Part shown: positions 31,870-37,268 of the stretch, one piece after another
How positions within the stretch are numbered: the stretch's first letter is position 1
Layout: each line of letters begins with the position of its first letter
Origin: an uncultured Acidimicrobiaceae bacterium
GTDB taxonomy: Bacteria; Actinomycetota; Acidimicrobiia; Spongiisociales; ZC4RG35
DNA: 37,268 nt
Assembly (NCBI GenBank): GCA_964600055.1
Contig: CAZRID010000003.1
Location: forward strand, 1-37,268
Direction: 5' to 3'
Notes under the pieces: model-generated
Databases searched by the model: none
The model's input: the letters and a program-made list of their open reading frames with translations, nothing else
Told to the model about the DNA's origin: nothing
Made by a program: the position numbers and the translations under genes

Positions 31870-32813
31870 TGTCGCTGCGCAACCCGCCACGACCCGCTGG
31901 CGACTTCACGGGGGCGAACGAGACCCAACTCGACGAGTTCGGCCAGCCGAAGCGGCGGAGCCCGTGGCGTTGGGGACGCCGATCGAATCGCCTCCCATGG
32001 GTGTCGATCTTCATCGTCGTGGTGGTTCTGATCCTGCCCGCACTTTTCGCCGACCTGATCACCAGTCACGACCCGTTGCGTGGTGTGCTGGCAGATCGTC
32101 TCATCCCCCCGGCGTGGTCAGACGGCGGATCGCTCACATATCCGCTGGGCACCGACAAGCAGGGCCGTGACATCCTGACCAGGATGATCTACGGGGCAAG
32201 GATCTCGCTCACGGTTTCGAGTCTGACCATCCTCATCGGGGCGGTTGTCGGTTCCACGCTCGGTCTGCTTGCCGGGTACTACGGGGGTTGGATCGACCGG
32301 ACCGTGAGCTGGCTCATCGACACGTTTCTCTCACTGCCGCACGTCCTTCTCGCTCTGGTCATCGTTGCCGCGATCGGCCCATCCTTCGTGACAATCATCG
32401 CAATCATCGCCGTCACCATCTGGGCAAGCTTCGCCCGGCAGGTTCGTGGGGAGACCCTCAGCGTCAGGGAGACCGAGTACGTGGCCAGGGCCAGGGTTGC
32501 AGGAGCATCGTCGTGGCGGATACTCCTGCGTCATGTCCTGCCCAACGTGGCCAACACTCTCATCGTCCTGGCCACGCTCCAGGTTGGGGTGGTGATCCTG
32601 GAGGAGTCGTCTCTGAGCTTCATCGGCGCCGGGATCCCACGGCCAAACCCGAGCTGGGGCGTCATGGTCGCCGACGGCCGGGATCAGATCCTCACCGCGT
32701 GGTGGATCTCCTTCTTCCCCGGACTGGCCATCCTGCTCGTTGTGCTGTCCCTGAACCTGATGGGTGATTGGCTGCGTGACTTCCTCGACCCCAAGATGAG
32801 ACAGAGGCAATGA
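31869..32813 (+). CDS. ABC transporter permease (DppC/OppC-like)
   Basis: This is in frame within track ORF 31590..32813. ATG 31869 overlaps the upstream TGA by 1 nt. Motifs present: PLGTDKQGRDILTRMIYGAR and EYVARARVAGASSWRILLRHVLPN. Confidence 0.88.
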   Translation: MSLRNPPRPAGDFTGANETQLDEFGQPKRRSPWRWGRRSNRLPWVSIFIVVVVLILPALFADLITSHDPLRGVLADRLIPPAWSDGGSLTYPLGTDKQGRDILTRMIYGARISLTVSSLTILIGAVVGSTLGLLAGYYGGWIDRTVSWLIDTFLSLPHVLLALVIVAAIGPSFVTIIAIIAVTIWASFARQVRGETLSVRETEYVARARVAGASSWRILLRHVLPNVANTLIVLATLQVGVVILEESSLSFIGAGIPRPNPSWGVMVADGRDQILTAWWISFFPGLAILLVVLSLNLMGDWLRDFLDPKMRQRQ

Positions 32814-33850
32814 CTTCCCCCACCATCGGCAAGGGACCGGCGACAGACTCGACGGCCAAGGCCTCACCGGTTCTCGAAGTCCGGAACCTGTCCACCTATT
32901 TGTTCACACGATGGGGGACCACCAAAGCGGTCGATGGCGTGTCGCTTCATCTCGACGCCGGCGAGACGCTGGGGATCGTCGGCGAGTCGGGAAGCGGGAA
33001 GAGCATGCTTGCACTCTCGATGGTCCGCCTCACCCCTGAGCCGGCGAGCCGGACCGTCGCGGGCCAGGTGATGCTCAATGGCCGTGACCTCCTGGCCCTG
33101 TCCGAGAAACAGATGCGCGCGGTCAGGGGCAAAGAGATCTCGATGATCCTCCAGGACCCACAGCAGTCGCTGAACCCTGTGTTCTCGGTCGGCAACCAGC
33201 TGGGCGAGGCAATACGGGTCCACGACCGCAGTTTGAGCGACAAGGAAGCCCTGAACCGCTCGGTGGAGGCTCTGAAAAGCGTGCAGGTCCCCGCACCCGA
33301 GAGGAGGCTTCGCAACTTCCCCCATCAGCTCAGCGGCGGCATGAAGCAACGCATCGTCGGAGCGATGGCGATGGCGTATCAGCCCCAGGTCCTGATCGCC
33401 GACGAGCCGACCACGGCTCTCGACGTGACGATCCAGGCGCAATATCTGCGGCTGCTCAAGGATCTTCAGGCTCGAACCGGAGTGGGGATCATCCTGATCA
33501 CACACGACTTCGGCGTGATTGCCGAGGCCTGCGACCGGGTGGCCGTCATGTACGCCGGGCGGATCGTCGAACAGGCCCCTGTCGCAGAGATATTCGATCG
33601 CCCGCAGCACCCTTACACCAGGGCCCTGCTCGACTCCCGTCCCCGATTCGACACCAAATCGACGCGGCTCAAGTCGATCGAGGGCCAACCACCGTCACTG
33701 AACGATCTCCCCGAAGGTTGCCGGTTCGCGGCCCGGTGCTCCTACGCAATCGATCGATGCGAGGACGAGTACCCGCCTACATTCCTGGCAAGCGAAGAGC
33801 ACGTCGCTGCCTGCTGGAGAAGCGAGGAGGCGCCGTGGGCAACCCATTGA
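32810..33850 (+). CDS. ABC transporter ATP-binding protein (DppD/OppD-like)
   Basis: ORF track gives 346 aa, with an ATGA overlap at the start. Walker A is GESGSGKS, the signature is LSGGMKQR, Walker B is LIADEPTTALD, and there is a C-terminal oligopeptide-type extension (HPYTRALL...CRFAARC). Confidence 0.93.
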   Translation: MTSPTIGKGPATDSTAKASPVLEVRNLSTYLFTRWGTTKAVDGVSLHLDAGETLGIVGESGSGKSMLALSMVRLTPEPASRTVAGQVMLNGRDLLALSEKQMRAVRGKEISMILQDPQQSLNPVFSVGNQLGEAIRVHDRSLSDKEALNRSVEALKSVQVPAPERRLRNFPHQLSGGMKQRIVGAMAMAYQPQVLIADEPTTALDVTIQAQYLRLLKDLQARTGVGIILITHDFGVIAEACDRVAVMYAGRIVEQAPVAEIFDRPQHPYTRALLDSRPRFDTKSTRLKSIEGQPPSLNDLPEGCRFAARCSYAIDRCEDEYPPTFLASEEHVAACWRSEEAPWATH

Positions 33851-34812
33851 TGGTGGTCGAGGGTCTCAGCAAGCACTACCCGGTATCCGAAGGACAGTAC
33901 GGCGGCAAGACGATCGGTCACGTTCGAGCGGTCGACGATGTCAGCTTCACCATCGACCGGGGCAAGACCCTGGCCCTGGTCGGTGAGTCCGGTTGTGGCA
34001 AGACCACCACCGCCCGCCTCGTCCTCCGGCTTCGAACTCCGACGGCAGGCATTGTCACCCTCGATGACAGGGACGTGCACCAGCTCAGTGGGGCGGATCT
34101 GAAATGGTTCCGCACCTGTGTCCAGGCGGTATTTCAGGATCCATGGGCCTCCCTGAGCCCGCGGATGCGGGTGCGAGACATCGTGGCCGAGCCCCTGGTG
34201 GTCAATCGGAGGATCTCAAAGGACGAGGTCCGTGAGAGGGTGGGCGCCACCCTGGAGAAGGTCGGCATGCAGCGATGGCAGGGCGATCTCTTCCCACACG
34301 AATTCAGCGGTGGCCAGCGACAGCGAGTGGCTCTCGCCAGCGCATTGATCACAGAGCCCCGTCTCCTCGTTCTCGACGAGCCGGTATCGGCGCTCGACGT
34401 CTCGGTCCAGGCACAGGTGATGAATCTTCTCAAGGACATACAGGCCGACCTCGGGACCGCGTTCCTACTGATATCCCATGACCTGGCGACCGTGCGATAT
34501 GTAGCCGATCAGGTTGCCGTGATGTATATGGGCAGCATCGTCGAGATCGGCGATGTGGAACAGATATTCGAGGCCCCGAGACACCCCTATACCCGGGGGC
34601 TCTTCGAATCTGCACTCCCGATGCATCCCCGGGACCGACAACCCGAGTTGAAGATCCATGGCGAGACACCCAGCCCACTCGACCCACCGTCGGGGTGCCG
34701 ATTCCGCACACGCTGCCAACACGCCATGGAGATATGTGCCCAGACCCCGCCGGTCACCGAGGTCGATCCGGGGCATATGGTTTCGTGTCATCTGTACCCG
34801 GAGGCCGGTTGA
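33835..34812 (+). CDS. ABC transporter ATP-binding protein (DppF/OppF-like)
   Basis: This is in frame within track ORF 33718..34812. GTG 33835 lies just after a GAGGAGG RBS, and ATG 33850 is an alternative start. Walker A is GESGCGKT, the signature is FSGGQRQR, and Walker B is [11 protein letters not shown]. Confidence 0.9.
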   Translation: MGNPLMVVEGLSKHYPVSEGQYGGKTIGHVRAVDDVSFTIDRGKTLALVGESGCGKTTTARLVLRLRTPTAGIVTLDDRDVHQLSGADLKWFRTCVQAVFQDPWASLSPRMRVRDIVAEPLVVNRRISKDEVRERVGATLEKVGMQRWQGDLFPHEFSGGQRQRVALASALITEPRLLVLDEPVSALDVSVQAQVMNLLKDIQADLGTAFLLISHDLATVRYVADQVAVMYMGSIVEIGDVEQIFEAPRHPYTRGLFESALPMHPRDRQPELKIHGETPSPLDPPSGCRFRTRCQHAMEICAQTPPVTEVDPGHMVSCHLYPEAG

Positions 34813-34850
34813 AACGGGTCCTACGACCAGAGGTCGATAGGGATGACGGA

Positions 34851-34869
34851 TGTTATCATTGATATTTGC
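34851..34869 (+). promoter_or_regulatory. AT-rich promoter/operator element, site 3 (TGTTATCATTGATATTTGC; core inverted relative to sites 1 and 2)
   Basis: It contains TTATCATTGAT, the reverse complement of the ATCAATGATAA core of sites 1 and 2. The pseudo-palindrome is TATCA-T-TGATA. It ends 22 nt before ATG 34891. Confidence 0.5.
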
Positions 34870-34890
34870 TAGCGATTGAGGGGATCCTCC

Positions 34891-36093
34891 ATGCTGGACC
34901 ACGACCAGGTGTGGACCGGAGACATAAACAAGGTTGCAGCCGACGACGCCCTGCGGCGCAGCGTCGGCATCTACGACACGACATTGCGCGACGGTGAGCA
35001 AACCGTGGGTGTCGCCCTCGATCCCGAGGCCAAGCTCGAGATCGCGCTGGCTCTGGACAGACTCGGTGTGCAGCGAATCGAGGCCGGTTTTCCACGGGTT
35101 TCCGCCGATGATGTCCGGGCATTCGAGTTGATCATGGCCGCCGGGCTCGACGCCGAGATCTGGGGTTTCTCGCGGGCAGTGCCCGCCGACGTCGAGCAAC
35201 TCGTGAGTCTCGGTGTCGGTGCCGCAGTGATCGAAGCGCCGGTGAGCGACGGCAAGCTGTCCGCATACGGCTTGAACCGGGAGGTGGTCACCGAACGGGT
35301 GGTCAACGCCGTCAGGTACGCCGTGGACAACGGGATCACCGTGTGTTTCTTCGGCGTAGATGGCAGCCGGGCCGACATCGCCTTCCTCGAACAGATCTAC
35401 ACGGCCGCCGTCGAGGCCGGGGCCAAGGAGATCGCGCTGGTCGACACTCTGGGGATCGCAGCCCCGGAGGCGGTGGCGAACCTGGTCAGGACAGCTCGAA
35501 CCTGGGTCGGTGACGAGCATCCGATTCATTGGCACGGGCACGACGACTTCGGATTGGCGACGGCGGGTTCCATCGAAGCCGTCCGCGCCGGCGCCGATTG
35601 GGTTCAAGGGACGATCAACGGCATGGGTGAGCGGGCCGGCAACACCGATCTGGCCGAGTTCGCCATTGCCATCGAAGCGATCTACGGCGCCGAGACGTCG
35701 CTCCGTCTCGAGCTGATCACAGAGGTGGCAAATACAGTTCAGCGTCTCTCCGGATACGATCTCGCGCCGTGGAAGCCGGTCACCGGGCGCAATCTCTTCA
35801 TACGTGAGAGCGGGGCGGTGGCGGCTCAATTCCACGATCCGATGGCGATCGAGCCCTATTCGTCCACCCTGGTCGGTGCCCGGCGCGGTCTGGTGCTCGG
35901 CAAGAAGAGCGGGCTACCCAGCATCAAGATCAAGAGCGACGAGTTGGGCCTCGACCTTCCCGAGAAGTTCCACGCCGGTCTTCTCCAACAGGTGAAGGAT
36001 CGGGCCATTCGCAATGGAGGGCTGGTTTCCGATGAGCAGTTCGTGGAGATGGCGACCCAGGTCGCTTCCTCGGTGGACGGGGCCGGCTCCTGA
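34891..36093 (+). CDS. DRE-TIM metallolyase of the 2-isopropylmalate/homocitrate/citramalate synthase family (short form)
   Basis: The track ORF starts at TTG 34876. I prefer ATG 34891, which has a GAGGGGA RBS 6 nt upstream. Motifs present: YDTTLRDGEQ, IEAGFP, HWHGHDDFGLATA, NGMGERAGN. Confidence 0.88.
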   Translation: MLDHDQVWTGDINKVAADDALRRSVGIYDTTLRDGEQTVGVALDPEAKLEIALALDRLGVQRIEAGFPRVSADDVRAFELIMAAGLDAEIWGFSRAVPADVEQLVSLGVGAAVIEAPVSDGKLSAYGLNREVVTERVVNAVRYAVDNGITVCFFGVDGSRADIAFLEQIYTAAVEAGAKEIALVDTLGIAAPEAVANLVRTARTWVGDEHPIHWHGHDDFGLATAGSIEAVRAGADWVQGTINGMGERAGNTDLAEFAIAIEAIYGAETSLRLELITEVANTVQRLSGYDLAPWKPVTGRNLFIRESGAVAAQFHDPMAIEPYSSTLVGARRGLVLGKKSGLPSIKIKSDELGLDLPEKFHAGLLQQVKDRAIRNGGLVSDEQFVEMATQVASSVDGAGS

Positions 36094-36271
36094 CCAGGAC
36101 AACCGGAGACCGTGGCGCTTCCAGCCCGGGTCCCGGGATGTGCGCCCCCTATCATGACGGAGTCCCGAATGGTGTGCACTCTCGGGGTCTCCGTTGGCAC
36201 ATCCTCGGGCCGGTACACATGCCTATCGCGGTTTTGCCACGCGAGCACCGCCAACGAACGAGGAGAGTCTG

Positions 36272-36982
36272 ATGCCTTTGCGCCCCGGTGACGGCGCCCG
36301 CACTCTGGCCGACGTCGCCCTCGCCGAGCTTCGCGAGGCAATCGTCTCCGGCGAGATACCGCCCGGGTCGCCAATCAGGCTTCAGGAGTACGTCGACCGG
36401 CTGTCGATGAGCACGGTGCCGATTCGAGAGGCATTGCGCTTTCTCGAGCAGAAGGGGCTCATCGAACGCCGACCTCATCGTGGTGTCATTGTTTGCGAGA
36501 TGTCTGCAACCGATCTCGAAGACACCTACAAGATCCGGCTCGATCTCGAGTCGATGGCCGTTCGCATGGCTGTCCCCCGCATCAAGGAGAAGGACCGGAT
36601 CTTCCTGCTGGGGCTTGTCGACGAGTATGAAGCTGCCCTTCGGGCCGACAACGGCAGCGCTCCCGACGTGCACACCAAGCTCCACATGTCGATCTATGAG
36701 TACGCCGACTCGCGCTGGCTCCGTCTCCTCCTTCCCTCTCTGTGGGACAACAGCGAGCGCTACCGGCGGCTTCAGATCCCGGTCCGGGGCACCATCGAGC
36801 AAAGGGTCGAGGAGCATCGGCTGCTGGTCGAGGCTTGCGCTTCAGGTGATTCCGACGTTGCCGCCAAGGAGCTCCAGGCCCATCTCAGCCGGACCATGGT
36901 CGGCGCCATCGCCCTGCTTCGTGAGCAGGAGGGAACCATGGCCCTGGCAGCCGACACCGCGGCAAAGGCCACCGGCAGTTAG
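36272..36982 (+). CDS. GntR-family transcriptional regulator, FadR/FCD subfamily
   Basis: I moved the start to ATG 36272, which has an AGGAGA RBS. The wHTH is LADVALAELREAIVSGEIPPGSPIRLQEYVDRLSMSTVPIREALRFLEQKGLI, and the C-terminal domain is all-helical and FCD-like. Confidence 0.88.
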   Translation: MPLRPGDGARTLADVALAELREAIVSGEIPPGSPIRLQEYVDRLSMSTVPIREALRFLEQKGLIERRPHRGVIVCEMSATDLEDTYKIRLDLESMAVRMAVPRIKEKDRIFLLGLVDEYEAALRADNGSAPDVHTKLHMSIYEYADSRWLRLLLPSLWDNSERYRRLQIPVRGTIEQRVEEHRLLVEACASGDSDVAAKELQAHLSRTMVGAIALLREQEGTMALAADTAAKATGS

Positions 36983-37061
36983 CCGACGGCAGACCAGGCT
37001 CCCACCCGATTCTGCTACGTTTGATCAAAGCTCAAATCTTTCAGGTCTGTGGAGGAAAGCC

Positions 37062-37268
37062 ATGAAATTGGTCACGTTCGACGGAGGCAAGGTCGGTCAC
37101 ATCGAGGACGACTTGATCGTCGAGTACGACGTCCCCAGCATGCGCACCTATTTCGAGCGTGGGGCCGATGTGGGGCGCACCGGGCAGACGTACTCGCTGG
37201 CCGATGTGAAGCTCGAGGCGCCGATCATCCCCAAGAAGTTTTTCCACACCGCCGGCAACTACAAGGAG
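37062..37268 (+). CDS. Fumarylacetoacetate hydrolase (FAH) family protein, N-terminal fragment (continues past the right window edge)
   Basis: It is not in the ORF track because the end is open. My translation from ATG 37062 (GGAGGA RBS) is MKLVTFDGGKVGHIEDDLIVEYDVPSMRTYFERGADVGRTGQTYSLADVKLEAPIIPKKFFHTAGNYKE. The P-x-K-x-F-x-x-x-GNY context is typical of FAH-family N-terminal regions. Confidence 0.75.
   Translation, partial: MKLVTFDGGKVGHIEDDLIVEYDVPSMRTYFERGADVGRTGQTYSLADVKLEAPIIPKKFFHTAGNYKE

Noticed and set aside
34465-35835. Long antisense ORFs opposite well-supported genes. Examples are 34465..35835 (456 aa), 4592..5611, 14733..15596, 22805..23683, 25477..26100, 26331..27176, 27832..28713, 28809..29732 and 32864..33688.
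   Set aside because: These are typical shadow ORFs of high-GC DNA. Their composition is Arg/Gly/Pro/His-rich and they carry no family motifs. Each is fully overlapped by a sense-strand gene with unambiguous catalytic or structural signatures.
36094-36271. A possible fourth or fifth operator half-site (cctATCATGAcgg, about 36147-36160) upstream of the GntR gene
   Set aside because: Only one half of the palindrome is present and the region is not AT-rich like the other sites. That is too weak to call autoregulation.
1-37268. Mobile-element or horizontally acquired island boundaries (integrase, transposase, tRNA-adjacent att sites, compositional shift)
   Set aside because: No integrase or transposase-like ORF and no tRNA are present. 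Base composition looks uniformly GC-rich apart from the short AT-rich regulatory elements.

Overview
This is a visibly high-GC, Actinomycetota-like chromosomal window with GTG/TTG starts, many ATGA/GTGA stop-start overlaps and a SARP regulator. Coding density is high, and I saw no rRNA, tRNA, CRISPR array, transposase or integrase.

There are four blocks:

(1) 1-8089: five paralogous polytopic membrane proteins. Four sit in one translationally coupled minus-strand operon and one sits on the plus strand. They look like the sensor half of actinobacterial NarL-type histidine kinases but have no kinase domains. They flank a SARP/AfsR-type regulator (winged helix, BTAD, P-loop, TPR).

(2) 8152-10550: a small membrane protein, a multi-TM HisKA_3 kinase and a LuxR/NarL response regulator.

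(3) 10956-19761: a divergent amine/peptide-processing cluster (KAS III-like, cupin, DmpA/BapA peptidase, class III aminotransferase, HDAC-type deacetylase, S9 peptidase). It is followed by an orphan histidine kinase coupled to a cupredoxin-like lipoprotein.

(4) 20121-37268: a large candidate catabolic island. It contains a split Dpp/Opp-type ABC importer, two SDRs, a lone molybdopterin hydroxylase large subunit, an amidohydrolase_2 enzyme, a LeuA/NifV-like DRE-TIM enzyme, a GntR/FCD regulator and a FAH-family enzyme. It also holds three signal-peptide-less LVIVD-repeat beta-propeller paralogs that share a conserved set of histidines.

Non-coding signals are:
- an AT-rich pseudo-palindromic element (core ATCAATGATAA) just upstream of three transcription units in the island;
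- CCGTAAC heptamers, one pair at 11-nt spacing, in the gaps flanking the SARP gene;
- a roughly 100-bp hairpin-forming REP/MITE-like repeat family in two convergent intergenic regions;
- several strong hairpins.

The best candidates for undescribed biology are the LVIVD-propeller island and the kinase-less sensor array around the SARP regulator.
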